Source of the DNA: Thermodesulfobacterium commune DSM 2178
Lineage (GTDB): Bacteria > Desulfobacterota > Thermodesulfobacteria > Thermodesulfobacteriales > Thermodesulfobacteriaceae
Reading direction: 5' to 3'
DNA length: 32,000 nt
NCBI RefSeq assembly: GCF_000734015.1
Contig: NZ_CP008796.1
Location: 780,001 to 812,000, forward strand
The notes under the pieces are model-generated. The model searched no databases. It saw nothing but the letters and a program-made list of their open reading frames with translations, and was not told where the DNA came from. This document shows positions 17,106-25,598 of this stretch, in pieces; within the stretch, counting starts at the first letter, position 1; each line of letters starts with the position of its first letter. Position numbers and translations under genes: made by a program.

Positions 17106-18315
17106 ATAGGATAAGCCTCCTTAACATATCTAAAGTGGTATAACTACTCATCAACTGAACCTCTCTTCTTTCTAAACCATAAAACCCAAATCTAAAAGCC
17201 TTTACCTTGTTTTGATAAGCAAGTCCTATGTAGACTGTTCCCACCGGGTTTTCAGGAGTACCTCCTCCAGGGCCTGCATAACCTGTAATTCCGATAGCAA
17301 AGTCTACCTTTACCTGTCTTCTTACTCCCTCTGCCATATCTAAAGCCACCTGATAACTCACCACCCCAAACTGTTCTATATGCTCCTTTTTTACCCCAAG
17401 TAGTTCCATTTTGCTCTCAGGACTATAAGTCACCCAACCTCTTTCAAAATAGTTAGAACTCCCTGCAACTGAGGTTAAAAGAGAAGCCAACATCCCTCCT
17501 GTACAGGATTCGGCAACCGCTACCTTTTTTCCTCGTTCTATCAAAAGGTCCCCAACCACTTCTACCAAAGAGCGATCTTCCTCACTTACTAAGGAAACTC
17601 CAAACTTTTTTTTAAGCTCAGATATTACCTCTGACAATAAGCCTTGATTTTTGCTCCTAACCACCAATTTAACCTCAGGCCAGAGGGGATAGTATCCTAT
17701 CTTTAAGTCTTGAGTATTTAAAGTATAACTTTTTAAAAATAAATTAAGGTCTGTTTCATTTAGGTCAAAAAATCGCAAAGATTTAGATAACTCTAAACCT
17801 TCTGCCTTAAACCTCTGAGATAAGAGTGGTAGTACCTTTTGGGTTAAAAGATATTCAAACTGATGAGGTACTCCAGGCAAAACAAAAATAAGTTTTTCTT
17901 TAAAGTCTAAAAGATATCCTGCCATAGTTAAGTTATCTGCCAAAGGCACCGCACCCTCAGGAAGCAGAGACATCTTTTTGGCTATTTCTTGAGAACTAGC
18001 ATATTCTTTAGAATCCTTTATAGCCTTAGACACTTCCTGATTTTCAACCAAATTAAGCCCTAAAGCCTCAGCCACAGCCTGGTTAGTCAGGTCATCATCT
18101 GTAGGTCCAAGCCCACCAGACAAAACCAAAAAAGAATACTTTACATATAGGTCCTTTAAATAAGACTTTACCAAAGATAGATCATCAGGGATGGTAACTA
18201 TTTCTCTAACCTGAAATCCATGCGAAGAAAGTTGCCTGGTAGCAACGATAACGTTGGTGTTTACCACCAACCCAGAAATTAGCTCATCTCCAATAAAGAT
18301 TAAAGCACCTTTCAT
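17047..18315 (-). CDS. cinA: CinA family protein (MoCF-like N-domain + PncC-type NMN deamidase C-domain)
   Basis: N-terminus ALIFIGDELISG...NTN, then LSGGLGPTDDDLT, and C-domain VAVAESCTGGMLASLLTSVAGSSNYFERG.VTYS. The 3' end overlaps thpR by 59 nt. Confidence 0.85.
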   Translation of the reverse strand: MKGALIFIGDELISGLVVNTNVIVATRQLSSHGFQVREIVTIPDDLSLVKSYLKDLYVKYSFLVLSGGLGPTDDDLTNQAVAEALGLNLVENQEVSKAIKDSKEYASSQEIAKKMSLLPEGAVPLADNLTMAGYLLDFKEKLIFVLPGVPHQFEYLLTQKVLPLLSQRFKAEGLELSKSLRFFDLNETDLNLFLKSYTLNTQDLKIGYYPLWPEVKLVVRSKNQGLLSEVISELKKKFGVSLVSEEDRSLVEVVGDLLIERGKKVAVAESCTGGMLASLLTSVAGSSNYFERGWVTYSPESKMELLGVKKEHIEQFGVVSYQVALDMAEGVRRQVKVDFAIGITGYAGPGGGTPENPVGTVYIGLAYQNKVKAFRFGFYGLERREVQLMSSYTTLDMLRRLILYDESFLRYRFALGVEERSC

Positions 18316-18328
18316 CTTAAAGATAAGT

Positions 18329-18820
18329 TTATATCAAACCAGAGATTTTTACAACATAGACTAACAAGGTTACGATGGCGTTGGTAAGGATACCTGCCAA
18401 CAGATCGTCTAACATAATACCCCATCCCCCAGAAAAACTCTCTAAACTACCGATAAAAAATGGTTTTCTGATGTCTAAAACCCTGAAAATTACAAAGGCT
18501 AAAATAAATTCAAATAAGCTAAGTTTGCCTATCAAGGAAAACCACATCCCTGCTATCTCGTCTATCACCACAAATTCTGGGTCTTTCTGTCGAACGATTT
18601 TACTTGCCAAGTGGCTGGATAAAACCCCTAAGAGTGAAAGGCTTAACGTTAAAAAAATCTGAGTTAACAGGTCAGCCTGTTTGATAAACCAAAAATATAT
18701 AAGCCCGGTTAAAGCTCCCAAAGTCCCAGGGCAAACAGGTAAAAACCCTACAAAACCCCCTGAGGCAATAAAAATCCAAAAAAGATTTCTTAGAAATTGA
18801 GGCTGCTTAGAAAGGGGCAT
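18329..18820 (-). CDS. pgpA: phosphatidylglycerophosphatase A
   Basis: GGFVGFLPVCPGTLGAL, DPEFVVIDEIAGMW, and RVLDIRKPF...GGWGIMLDDLLAG are PgpA motifs. Confidence 0.85.
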   Translation of the reverse strand: MPLSKQPQFLRNLFWIFIASGGFVGFLPVCPGTLGALTGLIYFWFIKQADLLTQIFLTLSLSLLGVLSSHLASKIVRQKDPEFVVIDEIAGMWFSLIGKLSLFEFILAFVIFRVLDIRKPFFIGSLESFSGGWGIMLDDLLAGILTNAIVTLLVYVVKISGLI

Positions 18821-19385
18821 TTTCTATCTCTTGGTTAAATTTTTCATAATCTTCTAAAGCTATCAAAGACCTCAGTTTCCATAAATAAAGTTCTATCCTT
18901 AACCTTTCTTCTCCTTTTTTGTTTTTTAATATCTCTTTAGCCTTTTGTTCCACAGCTTGATATTTTTGCATCGCTTCCTTTTTAAGGGTTTCTCGGTAGG
19001 TTTCAAGCTTGTTTTTTAAAGTTTCTACCTTAGGTTTAAACCTTTTCAACTCCCTTTCGCATTTTTTATAATACTTCTTTTTATAATACCCTTCTATACG
19101 TTCCCACTCCTTTAAAACAGCCTTATGTTCTTCCTTATAAAGGTCAGGTACCTTAGCTCCTTTTATCCATTCTATCATCCCTTTTATCTCTTGGTAAAGC
19201 TCCTTAGGTGGAGAATGAAGAGAAACATATTTTCTCACCAAAGGTAGGTTTGAAAGAAAAACCTTAACACGCTCTACGTTGTCCTCTTTAAACTCCTGAA
19301 AACGCTCTTTAAGGGTACAAGAAGACAAAAATAAGGTTAAAGTTAAAATCACAACCAAATTTTTAATCAACCTCTTTCTACCCAT
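18807..19385 (-). CDS. hypothetical lipoprotein, K/E-rich helical
   Basis: Signal peptide with lipobox LFLSSC (Cys23). The remainder is K/E/Y-rich predicted helices with no catalytic motif. Confidence 0.5.
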   Translation of the reverse strand: MGRKRLIKNLVVILTLTLFLSSCTLKERFQEFKEDNVERVKVFLSNLPLVRKYVSLHSPPKELYQEIKGMIEWIKGAKVPDLYKEEHKAVLKEWERIEGYYKKKYYKKCERELKRFKPKVETLKNKLETYRETLKKEAMQKYQAVEQKAKEILKNKKGEERLRIELYLWKLRSLIALEDYEKFNQEIENAPF

Positions 19386-20385
19386 TAGTCATCTCTTTCT
19401 CAAGTAATTCAAGTTTATCTGGAGGTCCTATAGCTAAAAGAATATCTCCAGGCATGATATAGCTTTCTCCAGAGGGATTAAACTCTATCTTTCCTTCCTG
19501 CCTTTTTATCCCTACGATAATCACTCCAAAGACCTTGCCTATTTTTGCTTCCTTCAAAGTTTTCCCTGCATAGGGGGAGTTTTCCGAGACATAAATCTCT
19601 TCTATGTCCACGTTTAAATATTCTGAGCTGGTTATAAACTCCCAAAAATCCACCACATTAGGCTTTAAAAGAGAGTGTGCCATCCTTAAACCACCTATAT
19701 GATAAGGGCATACCACTTTGTTTGCCCCTGCCATCTTTAGTTTTTTTCTGGCTGACTCTTCTGCAGCCCTGGCTATGATAAAAAGGTCAGGGTTTAAAGC
19801 CCTGGCACTTAACACCACGTAGAGATTATCGGAATCTGAAGAAAGGACTGATACAAGCCCTTTTGCTTTTTCAATGCCTGCTTCTTTAAGAATCTCATCT
19901 TTGGTTGCATCTCCTATCACAAATAAGTATCCCTCTTCCTTAGGGTCAAGATTTTTTTCTATCACCACTACCTCCTTACCATTAGCCTTAAGTTCTTTTG
20001 CAATAATCCTTCCCATCCTTCCATAACCACAGATGATGTAATGACCTCTTAGTTTTTCTAACATCTTTCTTCTCCTCCTTTCGTTAAAAACATCTTTTAG
20101 CTCTCCCTCTATCAAAATTTGAGCAATGGTTGTGGCTGCATAGGTAAAAACCCCAAAACCCAGGACAATAAGAACTATGGTGAAAACTTTACCTACTTCA
20201 CTAAGCTCTTTGACCTCTCTAAAACCCACGGTAGCTAAAGTTATAACCGTCATGTATAAAGCATCCAAAAAACTTAATTCCTCGATTACCATATAACCAA
20301 CAGTTCCTAAACCTATCACCACCAGAAGTAATGTTAAAATAAAAAAAAGACGTTTACCTATCGAATATGAATATTCTGTAGGCAT
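19378..20385 (-). CDS. 2-TM ion channel with cytoplasmic RCK (TrkA-N/TrkA-C) domains and a non-canonical TVGFRE filter
   Basis: TM1, then pore helix and filter SFLDALYMTVITLATVGFRE (filter codons at 20215-20232), then TM2. RCK Rossmann motif IICGYGRMGRIIAKEL is followed by a TrkA-C-like C-terminus (...GKTLKEAKIG...IIVGIKR...PGDILLAIG). Confidence 0.8.
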   Translation of the reverse strand: MPTEYSYSIGKRLFFILTLLLVVIGLGTVGYMVIEELSFLDALYMTVITLATVGFREVKELSEVGKVFTIVLIVLGFGVFTYAATTIAQILIEGELKDVFNERRRRKMLEKLRGHYIICGYGRMGRIIAKELKANGKEVVVIEKNLDPKEEGYLFVIGDATKDEILKEAGIEKAKGLVSVLSSDSDNLYVVLSARALNPDLFIIARAAEESARKKLKMAGANKVVCPYHIGGLRMAHSLLKPNVVDFWEFITSSEYLNVDIEEIYVSENSPYAGKTLKEAKIGKVFGVIIVGIKRQEGKIEFNPSGESYIMPGDILLAIGPPDKLELLEKEMTNG

Positions 20386-22196
20386 TAACTTAACACCTTA
20401 ATAACTCCTCTTCCTTCAAACTTGGCTTTGTAAAGTGCCTGGTCTACTTTAAGTAGCAACTCCTCTAACTCCCTATCTGGCTCTATCTTAATAATACCTA
20501 TACTGACAGAACCTACCACTTCTTTTCCGTTTGCTTTGATGCGGATTTTTTTAACCTCCTGTAAAACTCTTTCAGCTAATTTTTTTACCCCTTCAAGGTC
20601 TGCTCTAAGAATTAAAAGAAATTCGTCCCCTCCCCATCTAACAGCAATGTCCTCTGCCCGAGTATTTTTCTTTATTACCTCAGCTATAGCTTTTAAATAT
20701 TCATCTCCTACCAAGTGTCCAAACTGATCGTTTATTTCTTTTAGATAATCCACATCCATAAAAAGTAAACAGTAGTTTTGCCCTCTCTTTACCAACTCGA
20801 AAATCCGTTTGATAACATCCTTTAAATATACCCTGTTATAAAGTCCTGTAAGTTGATCTTTAGTTGCTATATCAAAAAGTTGTTCCACCCTTTCTTTAAA
20901 GTAAGAAACATCATATCCTATCACTAAGTAATACAGACTGTATTCTTTTATAGGGATTATCTCAAAGCTGAAACACACCTCTTTTCCATTTTTTACTTTT
21001 AAACAAAACTCAAAACTCTCATCTTTTTCTAAATCTTTTGAATCCATTAAAGACAAAAAGGAAGATAAAGATTTATCGTCCATCAAGTTTTTCCATAAAC
21101 TGTTTGCATATATCAAATTTTTTTCTTCATCAAATACCGCAACCACCAAGTTAGACCGTTCTGCTATCATCTGATAGATCTTCTTAGCTTGGTTGATTTC
21201 TTCAATCTGGAGTTTTAAGAGCGAATAAACTTCGTTAAAATGTGCTACCAGTTCAACAAGCTCATCTTCTCCTTTTAAGGTGATCGTTTCCTTTTTACCC
21301 TGAGGAATCTGTTCTATTTCATCTTTTACAGAATGTATCCTTTTTAACACTTTCATCATATGAAAATAATATATTCCAAAAATAAGTGCTAAAAATAAGG
21401 CTTGTATCAGGATAAACTCCCAAAGATATTTTTCAAACATCAACTTTCTTGGAGCAGTAAAACTCATAGCCAAAGGATTCCCAAAGAAATCTTTAATTGT
21501 GGTGACAACCTCATAAAACCCTCTTTCATCGAATTTAATGCTATTCTCGACCTTTCTACCTTTATAATAAACAAAACTTACTTCGCTAAGCCCAAAAATG
21601 TTTTTAATCAAATCTAACTTCTCTTCGTCTAAAGGAGAAACCATAACCAAAATCCCTACAGGTGGCTTTATGCCCTCTGAATCACTTACAGGATAAAAAC
21701 TGACTATAGATGGAACGTTTTTATAAAAAGAAAGCGCGGTATAAACAGAAGTTAAGGTTATCTCTTTATAAAGAGAACGATAATAGTGATAGTGTTCCTC
21801 TAACCATAAATGGTCTAAAGGAAGGATCTCTCTAGTTTTCTTATCAAAAAAACCTCCTGCCTTTACCCTTCCGTCAGGATAAAGATAGATAATCACAGAA
21901 AGTTTGTTGTTTTCGTAGGATTCTATGTTTAAGTTTGACTTAGGAAATTTAGGATTTTTATCCTGTAAAAATTCATATACCTCATCCCAAACCGCCCAAT
22001 CTCTGGTTAAAAGTTCAACTCTCTTTTTCTCTGCTTCAAGGTATTTTACTATTTCTACACTTGTTGAAGCAATCCAGTTTTTTTCTATTTCAAGTAAAAC
22101 TTTTTTAAAAAAACCAGAATAAATCCCCCAACTTAAAACTAAGAACAGAAAAAGTTGAACAAAAAGCCAGAACAAAATCTTCTTTTTAAGCCTCAT
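20385..22196 (-). CDS. membrane sensor diguanylate cyclase (CHASE4-like periplasmic domain, HAMP/PAS-like linker, GGDEF)
   Basis: Two TM segments flank a ~230-aa domain with the CHASE4-like RDWAVWDEVYEFLQDKNPKF. C-terminal LTGLYNR...FMDVDYLKEINDQFGHLVGDEYL...RAEDIAVRWGGDEFLLIL gives an intact GGDEF with an RxxD I-site five residues upstream. Confidence 0.85.
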   Translation of the reverse strand: MRLKKKILFWLFVQLFLFLVLSWGIYSGFFKKVLLEIEKNWIASTSVEIVKYLEAEKKRVELLTRDWAVWDEVYEFLQDKNPKFPKSNLNIESYENNKLSVIIYLYPDGRVKAGGFFDKKTREILPLDHLWLEEHYHYYRSLYKEITLTSVYTALSFYKNVPSIVSFYPVSDSEGIKPPVGILVMVSPLDEEKLDLIKNIFGLSEVSFVYYKGRKVENSIKFDERGFYEVVTTIKDFFGNPLAMSFTAPRKLMFEKYLWEFILIQALFLALIFGIYYFHMMKVLKRIHSVKDEIEQIPQGKKETITLKGEDELVELVAHFNEVYSLLKLQIEEINQAKKIYQMIAERSNLVVAVFDEEKNLIYANSLWKNLMDDKSLSSFLSLMDSKDLEKDESFEFCLKVKNGKEVCFSFEIIPIKEYSLYYLVIGYDVSYFKERVEQLFDIATKDQLTGLYNRVYLKDVIKRIFELVKRGQNYCLLFMDVDYLKEINDQFGHLVGDEYLKAIAEVIKKNTRAEDIAVRWGGDEFLLILRADLEGVKKLAERVLQEVKKIRIKANGKEVVGSVSIGIIKIEPDRELEELLLKVDQALYKAKFEGRGVIKVLS

Positions 22197-22218
22197 ATAA
22201 AAACCTTAGTTTTTTTAA

Positions 22219-22248
22219 TCTATACGCTAATTTTAATAAAAAAAGCAA
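22219..22248 (-). promoter_or_regulatory. candidate sigma70-type promoter for the GGDEF/K-channel gene block
   Basis: The minus strand reads TTGCTT (22243-22248), an 18-nt spacer, then TATAGA (22219-22224). It lies in the only real gap (58 nt) of the long minus-strand array. The match is weak. Confidence 0.25.
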
Positions 22249-22254
22249 ATTTTA

Positions 22255-23565
22255 CTACTCATTTTTAACCAAAAACTTTTTTAAAAACTCTATTTCATCT
22301 TCTTTAGTTTTAACCTTTCCTTCTAACCTTTTTAAACGAAGGATCTTTAAAATCTCTCCTATTTCTTTCCCTGATCTAAAACCCAATTTTTTTAAATCTT
22401 CACCGTTTAACTCAGGTCTAACCTTAGAATAAACCTTTAAATACCGAAAAATTTCTTCTTTAAGTTCAGGGAAAATAACTGCAAAAGCACAAAGATACTC
22501 CCTCCGAACTTTATCAAACCACTCTAACTTTTCTTTCAAGCTTAACGTGTTTATTTTATGATAAAATCCTCTAAAGTTATTGAGAAGACTTTCAATCCTT
22601 GTAATCTCTACCTCACTAAAACCTAATCTCTCTAAACCACTTAAGCTTTCAACCATCCCTAAAAAATAAACCTTTTCCCTTTCTTTGGGACTAAACTCTT
22701 CTTTTACCTCTTTTAACACCTCACAAAGTAACGGAAAATTTTCCCTGGCTACCTCAAGCCCTGCCTCTTTAAAAACCTCAAGCTGATAAGTAGTTTCAAG
22801 GAGCTTTAACAGAATCTCTTCCCCTTCTTTAAACAAATAAAGTTTCAGCTCATTGGCCAACCTTGCAGAAGAAAGCTTTTTTAAAGCTTCCTTTTGATAA
22901 CAAACCTCTAAAGCCTGATAAAACTCCTCAGAAAAATCAAATCCAAGCCTTACTTTGTACCTTATCCCCCTAAAAATACGGGTAGGATCTTCCACAAAAG
23001 AGTTAAGGTGCAAGGGTTTAACAAGAGAAGCTTCAAGGTCTTTTAAACCGTCTAACAGGTCAAGCAAAAGCCCTTCATAAGGAGCAGAAAGCCCTATGGC
23101 TAAAGCATTTATCGTAAAATCCCTTCTTAAAAGGTCGTCCATGAAGTTAGAAGGAAAAACCTTAGGAAGCTGGGCAATTTCTTCATAAACCTCTCTTCTT
23201 GCTGTGATAAAGTCCACCTCCAGAGGTTCTCCGTCTAAAAAAAATCTTACTTTGTAGGTAAGAAATTGAGACTTAAAAAGGATTTCTTTGTTTAGGTCTT
23301 CGTTTAGTTCCTGTAAAAACTTCTCTAAGTTTCCCTCTAAAACGATATCAAAATCTTTAGAACTTTGTGGGTTTAGTTTGCCTTTTTTAAAAAGGAGGTA
23401 ATCCCTTACCACCCCTCCTGCAAAATACAAAAACTCTCCTCTCTTTTTGGCTAACTTCCTAAGTCTATCCAAAAATTCTTTGGTTTCCTCTTCCTTAGCC
23501 ACAAAATCTAAAAAATCTTCGAAATCAACAGGATAAACCTTAGGCCCTTGGGTGATGTTTGTCAT
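22255..23565 (-). CDS. cca: class II tRNA nucleotidyltransferase (CCA-adding / poly(A) polymerase family)
   Basis: YFAGGVVRDYLL, DFDIVLEG (DxD), LLRRDFTINALA, and EDPTRIFRGIRY (EDxxR nucleotide-template motif). No C-terminal HD domain. CCA-, CC- or A-adding specificity cannot be told from sequence here. Confidence 0.8.
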   Translation of the reverse strand: MTNITQGPKVYPVDFEDFLDFVAKEEETKEFLDRLRKLAKKRGEFLYFAGGVVRDYLLFKKGKLNPQSSKDFDIVLEGNLEKFLQELNEDLNKEILFKSQFLTYKVRFFLDGEPLEVDFITARREVYEEIAQLPKVFPSNFMDDLLRRDFTINALAIGLSAPYEGLLLDLLDGLKDLEASLVKPLHLNSFVEDPTRIFRGIRYKVRLGFDFSEEFYQALEVCYQKEALKKLSSARLANELKLYLFKEGEEILLKLLETTYQLEVFKEAGLEVARENFPLLCEVLKEVKEEFSPKEREKVYFLGMVESLSGLERLGFSEVEITRIESLLNNFRGFYHKINTLSLKEKLEWFDKVRREYLCAFAVIFPELKEEIFRYLKVYSKVRPELNGEDLKKLGFRSGKEIGEILKILRLKRLEGKVKTKEDEIEFLKKFLVKNE

Positions 23566-24424
23566 AAACTTCTCTAAGCCTCTTGTAGTCTAAGTGGGTA
23601 TAAATCTGGGTGGTAGCTAAGCTACTATGTCCAAGCATAAGTTGAAGGGCTCTTAAGTCTGCCCCTCCTTGCAGGAGATGAGAAGCAAAGGAATGTCTTA
23701 ACACATGAGGAGAAACCTTTTCAGGGTCTATCCCGGCTTTTAAGGCATACTGTTTAATTAACTGCCAAAATCTTTGTCTGGTAAGAGGACCTCCCCTTCG
23801 GTTTAAGAACACATAGTCTTTACTTTTAGGGTTGGCAAACAAAGGCCTTATGTTATAAAGATAGCCCTTTAAAAACTCAAGGGCATAATCTCCCATCGGA
23901 ACAAGCCTCTCTTTTCCACCCTTACCCATAACCCTTAAAAAACCTAACTCAAGGTTGAAATCCTTGATCTTTAGTTCTACCAATTCAGAAACTCTGAGGC
24001 CTGTGGCATACATCACCTCAAGCATCGTCCTATCTCTATATCCCAACGGATGGGTCAGGTCTGGTTGAGACAACAACCTTTCTGTCTCATCAATACTTAA
24101 TACCTTAGGGAGTCTCATCGGAAGTTTAGGGTTTTCAAACCAATCCGAACCGATGGTAAGTCCCTTTTCTACCTGTAGAAATTTTAAAAAACTCCTAAGA
24201 CTTGAAAGCTTTCTTGCCACGGTAAAAGGATTATAACCTTTGGTCTTCAAATACTCTAAGTATTCGTTGAGATTGCCTATGGTTTCTACATTTAACACGC
24301 CTTTTTTTTGTAAAAACTCTTCTAAATCTCTCAGGTCATACCCATAGGAAACAATCGTGTTGAAAGAAGCATTTTTTACTGCCAAAAGATAAGACAAAAA
24401 TTCTTCGATATATTCCTTAATCAA
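23540..24424 (-). CDS. xerD: tyrosine recombinase, XerC/XerD family
   Basis: N-terminal SAM-like core-binding domain (FLSYLLAVKNASFNTIVSYGYDLRDLEEFL). Catalytic residues in GLRVSELVEL, HVLRHSFASHLL and LGHSSLATTQIYTHL (R..HxxR..H..Y). The start codon is TTG. XerC versus XerD is not resolvable by eye. Confidence 0.8.
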   Translation of the reverse strand: MIKEYIEEFLSYLLAVKNASFNTIVSYGYDLRDLEEFLQKKGVLNVETIGNLNEYLEYLKTKGYNPFTVARKLSSLRSFLKFLQVEKGLTIGSDWFENPKLPMRLPKVLSIDETERLLSQPDLTHPLGYRDRTMLEVMYATGLRVSELVELKIKDFNLELGFLRVMGKGGKERLVPMGDYALEFLKGYLYNIRPLFANPKSKDYVFLNRRGGPLTRQRFWQLIKQYALKAGIDPEKVSPHVLRHSFASHLLQGGADLRALQLMLGHSSLATTQIYTHLDYKRLREVYDKHHPRA

Positions 24425-24915
24425 AGGGAAAGTTCCTTTAGAAGGGTTTCTACCTTAAAACTTATGGTTTCATCCTTAGAAGTAAGCACCAACGTTTTTA
24501 GCTTAGAAAGCATACCCTGTTTTTCTGTGGTAGTCCTTTGAGGAAAAAGTTCCTTTATTTTTTCTAAGGTTTTGATTACCAAATTTTTGTCGTCCAGGTC
24601 TAAAAAAAGCATAAGGGTCCGCCAATCTTCAGGCAACCCATATCTTTCCACAAACTCTTTGGCTAATTTTTTGAAATTCTTATTTCCATATTGCTGGTGT
24701 AACCGCTCTAAAAAACTCTGCTTTTCCAGCTCTTCTTTATCTACAAAAAGTTTATCAAGCTCTTTAAGGTATTTTTGTTTGTTTTTGGTGTCTATCCCAG
24801 AGGAAGCCTTATCTTTTCTTTCAAGTTTTTTTCTGATTTTACTTAAACCACTTTGAGACTTTAGTTTGTCTATCTCTCGCCAGGAAAGTTTTCTGTCTCC
24901 ATCGTCTTTCGACAT
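24421..24915 (-). CDS. hypothetical K/E-rich protein
   Basis: 164-aa ORF locked between the phosphatase gene (2-nt gap) and xerC/D (4-nt TTGA overlap). Basic, probably disordered N-terminus (KLSWREIDKLKSQSGLSKIRKKLERKDK) and a helical C-terminal half. No motif I recognise. Confidence 0.4.
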   Translation of the reverse strand: MSKDDGDRKLSWREIDKLKSQSGLSKIRKKLERKDKASSGIDTKNKQKYLKELDKLFVDKEELEKQSFLERLHQQYGNKNFKKLAKEFVERYGLPEDWRTLMLFLDLDDKNLVIKTLEKIKELFPQRTTTEKQGMLSKLKTLVLTSKDETISFKVETLLKELSL

Positions 24916-24917
24916 GG

Positions 24918-25598
24918 CTACCTCCTACTTTTACATTTTACCTGAAAAAATTTTATATCTGGTAACATAACCGCCGTTAGAAAACCTCCATACACACAAC
25001 CTGTGTCTATACCTATCCTATCAGGACCTAAAAATGGAGTTGGAAAAGGGGTATGACCAAAAACTACTGTTTTAGGTAGAACCTTTTTTGACTCATAAAA
25101 GAGCCCTCTTATCCATAAAAAATCTTCTTCTGTTTGATCTTTCAAACTCTTATAAGGATTTATCCCAGCATGCACAAACAAGTAATCTTCACACTCAAAA
25201 AACAACCTTAACTCCTGAAAAAAAATCTGATGCTCTAAAGGAAGCTCAACCATTCGTTTTTCTGAATTATAATACTGACTAATAGTGACCTCTCCTCCGT
25301 TATAGAAAAAAAGTTCCACGTTTTTCCCCTCTAAAAACCATTCAAACATCAACTCGTGGTTTCCTTTAAGGGTAATTACATGCTCTGGATACTTCTTTTT
25401 TAAGGTTATAATTTTTTCTACCACCCCTCTCGGATTTTCTCCCCGGTCTATGTAATCACCTAAGAAAATCAACAGATCCTTTCCCCAGTTAATCGGCAAG
25501 ATTTCCAGCAAGGCTTCTAAACTTTCCAGACATCCATGAATGTCTCCAACAGCAAAGATCTTTAAACCCTCATACATATACAACCTTACAGATCCCAA
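24918..25598 (-). CDS. PPP-family metallophosphoesterase (Ser/Thr phosphatase / ApaH-PrpE-like)
   Basis: GDIHG, GDYIDRG, GNHE, VHAG and GHTP motifs in canonical order. The true start may be the internal Met8 (MYEGLKIF), which would remove the 13-nt overlap. Confidence 0.8.
   Translation of the reverse strand: MGSVRLYMYEGLKIFAVGDIHGCLESLEALLEILPINWGKDLLIFLGDYIDRGENPRGVVEKIITLKKKYPEHVITLKGNHELMFEWFLEGKNVELFFYNGGEVTISQYYNSEKRMVELPLEHQIFFQELRLFFECEDYLFVHAGINPYKSLKDQTEEDFLWIRGLFYESKKVLPKTVVFGHTPFPTPFLGPDRIGIDTGCVYGGFLTAVMLPDIKFFQVKCKSRR

Noticed and set aside
20385-22196. The GGDEF proteins as Hypr-type cGAMP synthases.
   Set aside because: Both GGDEF domains retain the Asn and Asp that contact guanine (NDQFGHLVGDE and NDVYGFSRGDE), rather than the Ser substitution reported for Hypr GGDEFs. 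Ordinary GTP specificity is therefore the default expectation.
23540-24424. Tyrosine recombinase as a marker of an integrated mobile element or genomic island.
   Set aside because: The sequence is Xer-type (housekeeping dimer-resolution signature), and the gene overlaps cca and a core-looking operon on both sides. There is no flanking tRNA, direct repeat, compositional shift or cargo gene.
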